From contig CAVUWA010000010.1 of assembly GCA_963744995.1 (NCBI GenBank), positions 672,001-736,000 of the forward strand: DNA of 64,000 nt, written 5' to 3'. Positions 30,697 through 42,268 of this stretch are shown here, piece after piece. How positions within the stretch are numbered: the first letter of the stretch is position 1; every line of letters begins with the position of its first letter. The notes beneath the pieces are model-generated. The model saw only the letters and a program-made list of their open reading frames with translations, was not told the origin of the DNA and made no database searches. This DNA is from Candidatus Eiseniibacteriota bacterium (GTDB taxonomy: Bacteria; Eisenbacteria; RBG-16-71-46). Both the position numbers and the translations under genes were made by a program.

Positions 30697-32730
30697 TCAG
30701 GCGTGCAGGGCCTCGGCGGGGTTCGCGCGGGGCGCCTCGAGCGGCGGCGCGACGGCAACGGCGCGGCCCCAGCGCTCGGCCCACATCTGCAGGCTCAGGA
30801 TCGCCCATACCGTGCGGCTCTTCTCGACGCGCCCCTCGAGATGCGCACGCAGCAGCGCCTGGACCGCATCCGCATCGAGCACGCCGGCGCGCGCGATGCG
30901 ATCGCGGGTGAGTCGCGCGCGCACCGCGTCGCGCAGCGGCCCGCGCAGCCACGCCGAGAACGGCGGCGAGAAGCCCTGCTTGCGGCGCGCCAGGATCTCC
31001 TGCGGCAGCAGTCCGCGCGCGGCCTCCTTGAGCGCCCACTTGCCGGTCCGGCCGCGTAGGCGGTCGCGCTCGCGCAGCGAGAGGGCGAAATGGATCAGGT
31101 CCGGCTGCAGGAACGGCGCACGCGACTCCATCCCATGGTCCATCGTGCAGCGATCGACCTTCGTGAGCAGTCCGCCGCCCAGGTAGAGCTCGAAATCGAG
31201 GATCTGATAGGCGGCCAGCGCCGGCGCCGTATCGAGATCGCCGAGCGGCACCCCCTCGAGGTCCGCACGCACCTGTTCCAGGTGTCCGAGGGTCGCGCGG
31301 CGGGTCACGCGGTCGCGCAGCGCGGGGTCGAGCAGCGCGAGCGCCTCGCCGGGCGCCGCGGTGCCGAACCATCCGACGTGCCGTTCGAACGGGGGCATCG
31401 CCGCGGCTTCCATGAAGCGCTCGATGAAGTACGGGATCGTCAGGTGGTGATGGCGGGGCCGTATGGCACGCGCACCGGCGACGATCGCGCGGCGCACGAA
31501 CCGCGGCAGACGCGCCGCGCGTGATGCATAGCGATGGCCGAGGTAGGTCGGATAGCCGCCGAACAGCTCGTCGCCACCTTCGCCGGTGAGCACCACCGGG
31601 ACATGCTTCGCCGCCTCGCCCGCGAGCGTCCAGGTGGGCAGCGTGCTCGGATCGCCGAGCGGCTGATGCAGCGCGTCCGCGACGCGTTCGAGCGCCGCCT
31701 CGCCGGCGGCGGCGTCCATCGTGATCTCGTGGTGGTCCGAACGGATCGCCTGCGCGACGAGCTTCGCCAGGTGCGACTCGTCGTAGCCGCGCTCGCCGAA
31801 GCGCAGGCTGAACGTCGGGAACCGCCGGGTCGTGGCCTGCGCGGCGAGCGTCGCCACCAGCCCCGAGTCCACGCCGCCCGAGAGAAACACGCCGAACGGC
31901 ACGTCGGCCGGCAGTCGCGAGGCCACCGCAGCGGCGAGCGCGTCGCGGGTGGCATCGGGCACCGACCCTTCGCGCGCGCGGCTTCGGCCCGTGTTCGGAA
32001 TCGCACCATAGCCGGGACGGCCTGCGCGCTCGGCGCCGGGCTCCAGGACGAGCGCATCCCACGGCCGCCAGTAGCGCGTCAGGCGAAAGCCGCGTTCGTC
32101 CACCTCCAGCACGTGCGCGGGCGGCAGCTGGCGGATCCCGGCGAACGCGCAGTCCTGCCCGGCGATGAAGCCGTGCACCAGGTAGCGCGCGATCGAGGGC
32201 GCGTCGGGTTCGAAGGCGTACCACGGCAGGATCGCCAGCGCGCCGGGCTCGGAAGCGAAGGCGAACGCGCGCGGACTCTCCAGCGTGAACAGCGGCTTCT
32301 CCCCGGCGCGATCGCGGGCGAGCGTCATCCGCCGCGCGCGTGCATCCCATACCGCCACGGCGAACTGGCCGTCGATGCGGCCCGGAAAAGCCGCGCCGTC
32401 TTCCTCGTAGAGATGGGGCACGGTGACGGTGTCGGCGCCGTCGGGCAGCGCATGGCCGCGGGCGGCGAGCTCGCCGCGCAGCAGCGCGTGGTTGTAGATC
32501 TCGCCGTTCAGTACGGCGTGCACGTGACCCGTCTCGTTGCCCGGCACCGCGGCCGGCGTGTGCGGCGCCACGATCGCAAGGCGCATCAGTCCGAGCGTGA
32601 CTTCGCCGTCCTGCCAGATCGCGCTGCCGTCCGGGCCCCGATGCCGCAGCCGCTCGAGCATGCGCTGCACGAGCAGCGCGCGCTCGGCAGGGTCCATGTG
32701 CGGCGCCCACAGTCCCGCGATCCCACACAT
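30697..32730 (-). CDS. asnB: Asparagine synthase (glutamine-hydrolysing) family amidotransferase
   Basis: MCGIAG, HRGPD, NGEIYN, LSGGVDS, GEGGDELFGGY and RRKQGF motifs. Confidence 0.92.
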   Translation of the reverse strand: MCGIAGLWAPHMDPAERALLVQRMLERLRHRGPDGSAIWQDGEVTLGLMRLAIVAPHTPAAVPGNETGHVHAVLNGEIYNHALLRGELAARGHALPDGADTVTVPHLYEEDGAAFPGRIDGQFAVAVWDARARRMTLARDRAGEKPLFTLESPRAFAFASEPGALAILPWYAFEPDAPSIARYLVHGFIAGQDCAFAGIRQLPPAHVLEVDERGFRLTRYWRPWDALVLEPGAERAGRPGYGAIPNTGRSRAREGSVPDATRDALAAAVASRLPADVPFGVFLSGGVDSGLVATLAAQATTRRFPTFSLRFGERGYDESHLAKLVAQAIRSDHHEITMDAAAGEAALERVADALHQPLGDPSTLPTWTLAGEAAKHVPVVLTGEGGDELFGGYPTYLGHRYASRAARLPRFVRRAIVAGARAIRPRHHHLTIPYFIERFMEAAAMPPFERHVGWFGTAAPGEALALLDPALRDRVTRRATLGHLEQVRADLEGVPLGDLDTAPALAAYQILDFELYLGGGLLTKVDRCTMDHGMESRAPFLQPDLIHFALSLRERDRLRGRTGKWALKEAARGLLPQEILARRKQGFSPPFSAWLRGPLRDAVRARLTRDRIARAGVLDADAVQALLRAHLEGRVEKSRTVWAILSLQMWAERWGRAVAVAPPLEAPRANPAEALHA

Positions 32731-32837
32731 CGTGAACTCGACCTCCAGCGTCCGGGTGTCACCCGCGCGGCACGTCTGCCGTTGCGCCGAGCGGGTCGGA
32801 AGTGCCGCCCGCGGCGGGCGGCGCCCCGTGCGGCAGA

Positions 32838-34511
32838 TTAACGGCTATGCGTCTCCGGGCGATAGGCGACGAAACGCCGGTCGTGGAAGAAGACCTTCCA
32901 CCCGGGCGGGGGCTCCGGATCCCCGCGCCCGGCCTGGCGGACGATCACACCGGCCGGCGGCGCGTCCGCGGGCCTCGGCGAGGGCACCCAGCGCCCGCGT
33001 CCCTCCAGCATCTCCCGGTAATACACCAGATAGTTGCTGGTGAACTCGTGCCCGGTCCGGCTCACGAACCAGCCGCCGCGCCCGAGCAGAAAGTCGGTCC
33101 CCGGGCTGTAGCAGTACTCGTAGCGCACCCGCACGCCGGGGTCCGCGGCTTCGATCGCCGCGGCCAGCGGCGCGCCCGACGTGGTTCGCGCGAGCCGCAC
33201 GCCGGGCGCGTGGCCGGCGAGCAGGATGACCGGCGTGAACAGCGCCGCCGCGGCGAGCGCAGGACTCGCGCGCCGCGTGGCGGCGCCGCGCCACGCGAGC
33301 AGCGCCAGCCCCAGGAACGCGACGCCGAGCCAGCGGGCGCGCGCCATGCCGAGGGTCACCAGCTCCGGCGCGAGGTGCGAACCCCACGCGCCGTCACGGA
33401 GCCCGAAGATCCACGCCGCGATCGCGACCGCGGCCAGCAGCCCACCGAGCACCCTTCCGCCGCGCACGGCGCGGCGCGCGTCGCTCCATGCCTCGGCGGC
33501 GATCCACGCCAGGGCCGGAAACGCCGGCAGCAGGTAGGTCACGAGCTTCGAGCGCGAGAGCGCGAAGAACACCGCCGCGAACAGCACGAAGCCCAGCGCC
33601 ACCCGCGAGACCACGCCCACGCGCCGCGTCCACGGCGTCGCCAGCGACCACGGCAGCGCGCCGCCCGCGAGCACCGCGGGCACGAACCACCACGGCTGGT
33701 CGCGCTTGAATGCGCCGGTGGTCATGCGCCGGAACGTCTCGTCGACGAACGCATAGCGGGCGTACTCCGGGTGCCGTGCGAGCGCGAGCGCGAACCAGCC
33801 GCCGGCGAGCGCGAGGAACACGAGCCAGCCGGGCGCCCAGACGAGCCAGCGGAGCGGCGCGCGCGAGCGCAGCAGGAGCGCAGCGCCGACGCTGCCGCCC
33901 AGCGCCCACGCCAGCATGACCGGGCCCTTGGTGAGCACGCCGAGCGCGAGTGCGAGGAACATGACGAGCCGCAGCACGGCACGGGCGCGCGGACGGCGCC
34001 CCGGGTCCGCGGTCGGAACGCCCGCTCCCGCGCCGCCGGCGCCCACCGCGTCCAGCGTTTCGCGCGCGACGCCGAGCCACACCGCGGTGACGCACGCGGC
34101 GAGCAGCATGTCGAAGATCACGTAGGCCGACAGCACGGCGAACAACGGCGCGGTGGCGGCGAGCGCGACCACCGTCACCGCGCGCCGCGTCCCTTCGTGC
34201 GCCAGCGCGAACGCCCCGAGCATCGCGAGGATCGCCGCCGCCGCGACCGCGGCCGGAAGCCGCGCCGCGAACGGGGTCACGCCGAACGCGCGGAACGCGA
34301 GCGTTTCCGCCCAGAACAGTGCCGGCGGCTTGTCGAGGTACGGCATGCCCGCCAGATGCGGAATCACGTAGTCGCGGATCGCCAGCATCTCGCGCCCGAC
34401 TTCCGCGTTGCGCCCCTCGTCCGGATCGACGAGCGGATAGGACGACGCCAGCCACAGGCTGCCCGCGAAGGCGATCGCGACGAGCAGGAGCACGAGCAGC
34501 CGGTCACGCAC
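32838..34511 (-). CDS. ArnT/PMT-family glycosyltransferase
   Basis: DPDEGRNAEVGREM, YLDKPP, LTKGPV and SKLVTYLLP motifs. Confidence 0.88.
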   Translation of the reverse strand: MRDRLLVLLLVAIAFAGSLWLASSYPLVDPDEGRNAEVGREMLAIRDYVIPHLAGMPYLDKPPALFWAETLAFRAFGVTPFAARLPAAVAAAAILAMLGAFALAHEGTRRAVTVVALAATAPLFAVLSAYVIFDMLLAACVTAVWLGVARETLDAVGAGGAGAGVPTADPGRRPRARAVLRLVMFLALALGVLTKGPVMLAWALGGSVGAALLLRSRAPLRWLVWAPGWLVFLALAGGWFALALARHPEYARYAFVDETFRRMTTGAFKRDQPWWFVPAVLAGGALPWSLATPWTRRVGVVSRVALGFVLFAAVFFALSRSKLVTYLLPAFPALAWIAAEAWSDARRAVRGGRVLGGLLAAVAIAAWIFGLRDGAWGSHLAPELVTLGMARARWLGVAFLGLALLAWRGAATRRASPALAAAALFTPVILLAGHAPGVRLARTTSGAPLAAAIEAADPGVRVRYEYCYSPGTDFLLGRGGWFVSRTGHEFTSNYLVYYREMLEGRGRWVPSPRPADAPPAGVIVRQAGRGDPEPPPGWKVFFHDRRFVAYRPETHSR

Positions 34512-34678
34512 GCTTCGAACCGGTCTTCCCGCGCCCGACGGGACACGCGCCGGCGTCCAGCGACGGGCGAGGGCAGGGCGTGCGGCCGCGCGACGGGCAG
34601 AGTCCCGGCCGCAGGCCCCGTCGCAGCGAGGCGCCGACCGCGCAACGCCGCCATCGCGCGTTCATGGACGCCTCAGCC

Positions 34679-36217
34679 CTAGCGGATTTCGTAGTTCGGG
34701 GCCTCTTGGGTGATCGTCACATCGTGCGGATGGCTCTCGCGCAGCCCGGCGCCGCTCACGCGCACGAAACGCGCCTCGCGCCTCAGGCCTTCGATGTCGC
34801 GCACGCCGCAGTAGCCCATTCCGGCGCGCAGCCCTCCCACCATCTGGAACACCGAGGTCGAAAGCGAGCCCTTGAACGGAACGCGTCCTTCGATGCCTTC
34901 GGGCACGAGTTTCGACAACTCGTCGGTGCCTTCCTGGAAGTAGCGCTCGCGGCTGCCGCGCGCCGCGGCCATCGCCGAAAGGGACCCCATGCCCCTGTAC
35001 ACCTTGTAGGAGCGACCCTCGAGCAGCACGACCTCGCCGGGACTCTCCTCGGTGCCGGCGAACAGCGAGCCGATCATCACCGAGTGCGCCCCCGAAGCGA
35101 GCGCCTTGACGATGTCGCCCGAGTACTTGATGCCGCCGTCGGCGATGATCGGGACGTCGAGCGCTTCGAGCGCGTGCGCCGCCTCCATGATGGCGGTGAC
35201 CTGCGCCATGCCGGCCCCGGTGACGACGCGCGTGGTGCAGATCGCGCCCGGGCCCATGCCCACCTTCACCGCGTCGGCGCCGGCGTCGGCGACCGCGCGG
35301 GCGCCTTCCGCGGTGCCCACGTTGCCGACCACCAGGTCCACGTTCTCGAAGCGCGTGCGCAGCGTCCGCGTGGCCTCCAGCACGCCGCGCGAGTGCGCGT
35401 GCGCGCTGTCCACGACGAGCGCGTCCACGCCGTGCTTCACCAGCTCGATCGAGCGCTCGAGGTAGTCCCCCGCCGCACCGACCGCGGCCGCGACGCGCAG
35501 GCGCCCGAGCGAGTCCTTGCAGGCGAGCGGATGCTTGATGCGCTTCTCGATGTCCTTGACCGTGATCAGGCCGCGCAGCATGCCGTCGGCGTCCACCACC
35601 GGGAGCTTCTCGATCCGATGCCGGGCGAGCGTCTCGCGTGCCTGCTCGAGCGTCGTGCCGACCGGTGCGGTGACGAGCCCCTCGCGGGTCATCACCTCGT
35701 CCACGCGACGCGTCCAGCGGTCTTCGAACCGCAGATCACGATTGGTGAGGATGCCGACGAGCCGCCCGTCCTCGGTGATCGGCACGCCGGAAATGTGGAA
35801 GCGCGCCATGATCGCCTGCGCTTCGGCGAGTGTCGCGTTCGGCGGCAGCGTGACCGGATCGGTGATCATGCCGCTCTCCGAGCGCTTCACGCGGTCGACC
35901 TGCGCCGCCTGCTCGCCGATCGGCATGTTCTTATGGACGACGCCGATGCCGCCCTCGCGCGCGAGTGCGATCGCGAGATTGGACTCGGTGACCGTGTCCA
36001 TCGCCGCGCTGACGATCGGGATCTGCAGGGGGATCCGGCGCGAGAAGCGAGTGGCCGTCTGCATCTCGCGCGGATGCGCCTCGGCATAGCGCGGCACCAG
36101 GAGCACGTCGTCGAAGGTGAGGGCCTCGGGGCCGACCTTGTCCGCACGTTCGCCGGCCGCCGGATTCGCGCTCGATGACGGTTGGATCTTTTCGGCCCAC
36201 ATCACTCGCTCGCTCAC
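34679..36217 (-). CDS. guaB: IMP dehydrogenase
   Basis: [22 protein letters not shown] pair, GPGAICTTR and ESHPHDV motifs. Confidence 0.96.
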   Translation of the reverse strand: MSERVMWAEKIQPSSSANPAAGERADKVGPEALTFDDVLLVPRYAEAHPREMQTATRFSRRIPLQIPIVSAAMDTVTESNLAIALAREGGIGVVHKNMPIGEQAAQVDRVKRSESGMITDPVTLPPNATLAEAQAIMARFHISGVPITEDGRLVGILTNRDLRFEDRWTRRVDEVMTREGLVTAPVGTTLEQARETLARHRIEKLPVVDADGMLRGLITVKDIEKRIKHPLACKDSLGRLRVAAAVGAAGDYLERSIELVKHGVDALVVDSAHAHSRGVLEATRTLRTRFENVDLVVGNVGTAEGARAVADAGADAVKVGMGPGAICTTRVVTGAGMAQVTAIMEAAHALEALDVPIIADGGIKYSGDIVKALASGAHSVMIGSLFAGTEESPGEVVLLEGRSYKVYRGMGSLSAMAAARGSRERYFQEGTDELSKLVPEGIEGRVPFKGSLSTSVFQMVGGLRAGMGYCGVRDIEGLRREARFVRVSGAGLRESHPHDVTITQEAPNYEIR

Positions 36218-36273
36218 GATGGACTCCTCCCCTGAAAGCAGGAAGCCGCAGCGCGTCGCGCTGCGGCTCCCGT

Positions 36274-37011
36274 TCACTGCCCGCCGGAACTCGGCGGCAA
36301 CTGGGTCCTGGGCCTGGTCGACGGCAGATCGAAATAGTAGTTCACGCCGACGCGCGCATCGAACATGGCGAGGAAGCTGTTGTAACCGCTCGGAAAGCGG
36401 TCGTCGTCCTGCGCGAACACCCAGTGCCCGGCGATGCCGAGCTCGACGCTCGTGCTGGGCAGCGAGCTCATGAAGCGCTCGGCGCCGAGCTGGCCGCAGA
36501 CGCCCGGATAGAGCCCGCGGTGGAGCTCCAGGCTCACCGGATCCTTGAGGACCTTGCGGCGGTTCTCGATCCAGACGCGGTACATGCCCCCACCGACACC
36601 GAGGTGCCAGGTCCAGTGCCGCCCGCTGCGGGTCAGCTGCAGCTGCGCGGTGATCGGCACGACCTGGACGAGGTGTTCGTTCTTCAGCGTGTCGGAGGGA
36701 AAGTTCGGATCGGCGAACGGCGCGGCGTGGTTGCTGGCGTACGCGGTCCAGGTGTGACCGAAGGCAACCTGCCACCTGAGCCACGGGGCCACCACGTAGC
36801 GGAACTGCGCGGTGGTCGCGACGCGCGGCTGCGCGCCCTCGGAATAGTCCGCGTCCGCGATGAAGCTGTTGACGCCCAGCGCCAGACCAAGGGAGGCGCG
36901 GCCCGGAGCGGCGCCGGAATCGGGTTCGGCGGACGCCTGCGCGTGCACGACCGAGCCCGAAGCAAGCAGACCAAGCAACACGACGCCCACCGAAAGAAGG
37001 CGCGAGATCAT
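36274..37011 (-). CDS. Outer-membrane beta-barrel protein
   Basis: Signal peptide, amphipathic strands, RVGVNYYF near the C-terminus. Confidence 0.75.
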   Translation of the reverse strand: MISRLLSVGVVLLGLLASGSVVHAQASAEPDSGAAPGRASLGLALGVNSFIADADYSEGAQPRVATTAQFRYVVAPWLRWQVAFGHTWTAYASNHAAPFADPNFPSDTLKNEHLVQVVPITAQLQLTRSGRHWTWHLGVGGGMYRVWIENRRKVLKDPVSLELHRGLYPGVCGQLGAERFMSSLPSTSVELGIAGHWVFAQDDDRFPSGYNSFLAMFDARVGVNYYFDLPSTRPRTQLPPSSGGQ

Positions 37012-37074
37012 TCGCTCATGACTCCTGATCCAATGGGATTGGAAGGATGGAAGGCCCGGTGCAATGAGCGCGGC

Positions 37075-37103
37075 AGTATAGGAACGGCCCCCGGGGGTGT
37101 CAA
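37075..37103 (-). promoter_or_regulatory. Sigma70 promoter for the OMP-guaB unit
   Basis: TTGACA-17bp-TATACT on the minus strand. Confidence 0.8.
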
Positions 37104-37311
37104 GGATGGCCGCGCCGCTTGCGCTCGATAAGACAAGCACTTCCAGCGTCGGGCCCGCATGCCGGCCGGCCCCCGGGGGGGCGGCTCGGAGCCTGCGGCG
37201 TCGAAACGTGGACGCCGGCGACGGACCACGAACGCTGCGCCGGGGCCGGGCCGCGATTCCGCAACGGCTTAGCCGCGGCACGGCCCGGAACGTCCATTGC
37301 AGGCCCTGCGG

Positions 37312-37425
37312 GCACCGGGATCCGCAACATCCACCCGCCAGTCCTTCCTCACCCCGCCCACCCAACGAACGTCAGTGGTTGATTCCCTCCGGGGCCGGCC
37401 GCCAACCGGCCCCTTCCCGGTCTTC
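37312..37425 (+). ncRNA. Candidate sigma54-dependent C-rich sRNA
   Basis: CGGAACGTCCATTGCA at 37286-37301 upstream; ends in the GGGGCCGG/CCGGCCCC hairpin; no credible ORF. Confidence 0.35.
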
Positions 37426-37483
37426 ATGGGCACGGGGCGCCGCCCGGGTCGTCGCCGCGAGCGGGTGCGGGCGTGCCCGGGAC

Positions 37484-37637
37484 GGCGCGGGGCGCGGGCG
37501 CGAACAGGCGCCGGGCGGACGCCCCGCAGGCGAGCAGGAGCCATGGATGGCGGGCTCGCCGAGGGAGAAGAACGCGCCGGCAGGAGCCGGCGCGATTCTG
37601 GTCCGCCCGGCGCCTGTTCGCGCCCGCGCCCCGCGCC
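37484..37637. repeat. Foldback (MITE/REPIN-like) element with 37-bp perfect inverted repeats
   Basis: 37484-37520 is the exact reverse complement of 37601-37637; core GGAGCCATGGATGGCGGG. Confidence 0.85.
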
Positions 37638-37672
37638 ACATGCGGTTGGAAACCGCTTCTCCAGGCGATTCG

Positions 37673-37701
37673 TTGACACCCCCCAGGCCTCCCCGTAAAC
37701 T
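37673..37701 (+). promoter_or_regulatory. Sigma70 promoter of secDF
   Basis: TTGACA-17bp-TAAACT. Confidence 0.75.
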
Positions 37702-37786
37702 CCCGCCCTCATTTTGCCCGCACACCCCGGGGCCGCAGCGACATCCGCCCGCGCCCCGTCCGGTTGAACCGTCCGCAGGGGGTTCC

Positions 37787-39349
<1,563 letters not shown>

Positions 39350-39365
39350 CCGGCGAGGCCCAGCA

Positions 39366-40286
39366 ATGTTTCAGATGCTGATCGGTGTCGATCTTCCGTT
39401 CATGAAGTACAGGCGCTTCGCCTTCGTCGTATCCGGGCTGCTCGTGGTCGCCACGGCGGTGTGGCTGATCGTCCACGGCGGGCCGAAGCTCGGTGTCGAC
39501 TTCGCCGGCGGATCGCTGCTGCAGATCCGCACCAGCCAGGCCCTGGCCGCGGACCAGGTCCGCGACGCGCTCGAGAAGGCCGGGCTGCCGAACGTCGAGT
39601 TGCAGCAGTTGCGCGGCGAGCAGCACAACGAGTACATGCTGCGTCTGCTGTCCTCCGGCGAGCGCCGCGACGTATTCCCGTCGATCAAGACCGCGATCGA
39701 GAAGGAGTTCCAGGGCACCACGGTGGAGCTGCGGCGCCAGGAGTCGGTCGGCCCCAAGGTCGGCCGCGAGCTGGGCCGCAAGGCGTTCTGGGCGATCCTC
39801 GGCAGCCTCGCCGGAATTCTGCTTTACGTCGGCATCCGCTATGAGTTCAAATTCGCCTTCGGAGCGGTGGTGGCCGTGTTCCACGACGTCTTCGTGACCC
39901 TCGGCATGCTCTGCTTCACCGGGCGAGAGATTTCCCTTCCTGTGGTCGCCGCACTGCTCACGATCGCCGGGTTTTCCATCAACGACACCATCGTCGTCTT
40001 CGACCGCATCCGGGAGCGGGGGAAGGCGCTGCGCCGTGAAAAACACTCGCGGGTCATGGACATCGCCGTGAACGAAACCCTGTCCCGAACCGTGATCACC
40101 TCGGTGACCGTGTTCTTCACGGCCCTCGCCTTGTACATCTGGGGCGGCGAAGTGCTGCGGGACTTCTCGTTCGCGATGGTCGTGGGCGTGGTGTTCGGTA
40201 CCTACTCGTCCGTCTACGTGGCCAGCGCGCTGGCGCTCGAGACCTGGTTGCACCTCGATCGGCGCCGCGGCGTGCAGGCCGAATAG
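39366..40286 (+). CDS. secF: Protein translocase subunit SecF
   Basis: GVDFAGG, VGPKVG, SINDTIVVFDRIRE and GTYSS motifs. Confidence 0.96.
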   Translation: MFQMLIGVDLPFMKYRRFAFVVSGLLVVATAVWLIVHGGPKLGVDFAGGSLLQIRTSQALAADQVRDALEKAGLPNVELQQLRGEQHNEYMLRLLSSGERRDVFPSIKTAIEKEFQGTTVELRRQESVGPKVGRELGRKAFWAILGSLAGILLYVGIRYEFKFAFGAVVAVFHDVFVTLGMLCFTGREISLPVVAALLTIAGFSINDTIVVFDRIRERGKALRREKHSRVMDIAVNETLSRTVITSVTVFFTALALYIWGGEVLRDFSFAMVVGVVFGTYSSVYVASALALETWLHLDRRRGVQAE

Positions 40287-40299
40287 AGGTTCTTCGATC

Positions 40300-41355
40300 A
40301 TGATTCGATCCGCAGCGTTCCCGGGACGCGTCCTCGCGGCGACATTCGCCGTGTTCATGCTCGCCGGCTGTGTGAAGAAACAGCCCACCGAAGTCAGTCC
40401 GTCCTACGTTCCGGAAGGCACCCCCGCGGCCTCGTCCGCGCGCCTGATCGCCTACCCGGACATGCCGAGCATCCTGACGACTTACCTCGACCGGGCGCCG
40501 CTCGGCACGATCGGCGCGGAGGACTCGGCGATCAGCACCAGCGAGGTGCGCAGGGGCTCGCCGGGCACGGTGCACTTGATGCTGTTCGACGGCACCCACG
40601 CGAGCGCTTTCGAAGTGCTGCGCCGCGAGACGGGCGGCGGCTATTTCAACCTCAACGACTTCCTGGTGCCGCCGGCGCGCAAGTGGATCAAGCTGGCTCG
40701 CGAGGTCTACGTGACCGAGGACGACAGACCGGGCGGCTACCAGCCCCCCACGTACATGATGCGCGGGCTTCTCGGAGGCGAGGTCACCAGCGAGTCGCCG
40801 CTCAGCAACGCCGCGATCGTGCGCACGACGCCGATCGAGCCGATCATCTACACGGGCTCCACCGTGACCGCCGACTCGAATTTCACGATTTCGTGGGCCG
40901 AGGTGCCCGGAGCCGCCGGCTACTGGATCCAGGTTTATCAGTTCCTCGAAGCGCGACGCGATGATCAGGTGCTGAGCGGCGTGCCCGCGCCGGCCTACGT
41001 CGAGAAGGAGCGCGACTACTTCTTCGGCTACCTGCCCGCGCCGAGGTCGAGCTACCACCTGGGCACCACGCCTGCGGACCTGGACCTCTTCACGCGCAAC
41101 ACCATTCTGCGCGGCCAGGTGTATCTGGTTCGCATTGCGGCGGTCGATGCCGACGGCGGCCTGATGGCGTACACCTACGGCGATTACGACGTGATTCCGA
41201 GCGAAGACACCCCCGAGTACACGCTCTTTCCGCTCGGCGCCGTGAGGATCGACGTCCGCTCCGGCGCACCGCAGGCATCGCGGCGGCCTGCGGGTGGTGC
41301 CCCTCTCGAGGGCGTCGGCCTGTCGATGGGCGAGGGGCCGATCGTCAGGCGATAG
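40300..41355 (+). CDS. Hypothetical lipoprotein
   Basis: Lipobox LAGC after a hydrophobic signal; FnIII-like ISWAEVPGAAGYWI. Confidence 0.75.
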   Translation: MIRSAAFPGRVLAATFAVFMLAGCVKKQPTEVSPSYVPEGTPAASSARLIAYPDMPSILTTYLDRAPLGTIGAEDSAISTSEVRRGSPGTVHLMLFDGTHASAFEVLRRETGGGYFNLNDFLVPPARKWIKLAREVYVTEDDRPGGYQPPTYMMRGLLGGEVTSESPLSNAAIVRTTPIEPIIYTGSTVTADSNFTISWAEVPGAAGYWIQVYQFLEARRDDQVLSGVPAPAYVEKERDYFFGYLPAPRSSYHLGTTPADLDLFTRNTILRGQVYLVRIAAVDADGGLMAYTYGDYDVIPSEDTPEYTLFPLGAVRIDVRSGAPQASRRPAGGAPLEGVGLSMGEGPIVRR

Positions 41356-41542
41356 CCCCGCTCGGCAGCCCCGGGCAGGGGCGAAACGGCGCATCCACGC
41401 CCGCGGCGGCCCCCGTCGCGGGCGTCTTGCGCTCCGGCGCGGGGCGGGCTTGCGCGGGCATGACATGTGGGCCCCGCGCCCCTCCTATCCTTCTCATCGG
41501 GATCCGTCCACGACCGCGACTTCGCCGAGACGCCGAGGACCG

Positions 41543-42238
41543 ATGACACACGCTCGCACCCTCGCGCTGGCGGCGCTCGCCGCCGGCGCTCTCCTTCTGC
41601 CCCACCCTGCTCGCGCGGAGACCCCCACCCCGCCCGGTGCGCGCGACTTCGGCGTCGCCCGCCTCAAGTACGGGGGCGGCGGGGACTGGTATGAGGACCG
41701 CACCTCGATCGGCAACCTGATGAGGGCGCTTCGCCAGCGCACCTCCATTCCGGTCGCGGGCGATCACGAGGCGATCGTCGAGCCCGGCTCGGCCGCGCTG
41801 TTCCAGTATCCCTTCGTGTTCGCGTGCGGCCACGGCAACATCAAGTTCACCGAGGCGGAAGTCGAGAACATGCGGCAGTACCTGACGTCGGGGGGGTTCC
41901 TCTGGGTCGACGACGATTTCGGCATCGATACCTCGCTCCGGCGCGAGATGAAGCGCGTGTTCCCCGAATCCGAGTTCGTCGAACTGCCGTACTCGCACCC
42001 GATTTTTCACGGTCTTTACGAGTTCCCGAAGGGGCTCCCCAAGGTCCACGAGCACGACGGCGGCCCGGCCCGGGCCTTCGGAATTGTCCGCGACGGAAGG
42101 CTGGTTGTATTCTATTCGTTCGACTGCGATCTCGGTGACGGTCTCGAGGACCCCGAAATCCACGGCGACCCGCCCGCGATCCGCGAAGCGGCCCTCCGCA
42201 TGGCCCTCAACATCGTCCACTACGCGCTCACGCGCTGA
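41543..42238 (+). CDS. DUF4159 domain protein
   Basis: ARLKYGGGGDWY, YLTSGGFLWVDD, PKVHEHDG and DLGDGLED motifs. Confidence 0.88.
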   Translation: MTHARTLALAALAAGALLLPHPARAETPTPPGARDFGVARLKYGGGGDWYEDRTSIGNLMRALRQRTSIPVAGDHEAIVEPGSAALFQYPFVFACGHGNIKFTEAEVENMRQYLTSGGFLWVDDDFGIDTSLRREMKRVFPESEFVELPYSHPIFHGLYEFPKGLPKVHEHDGGPARAFGIVRDGRLVVFYSFDCDLGDGLEDPEIHGDPPAIREAALRMALNIVHYALTR

Positions 42239-42268
42239 CCTTCACGCCGGGCCGCGAACGGGACAGCG

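Noticed and set aside
37097..37786. Long N-terminal extension of SecD in the ORF track
   Set aside because: It runs through promoters and a foldback repeat; the likely start is ATG 37787.
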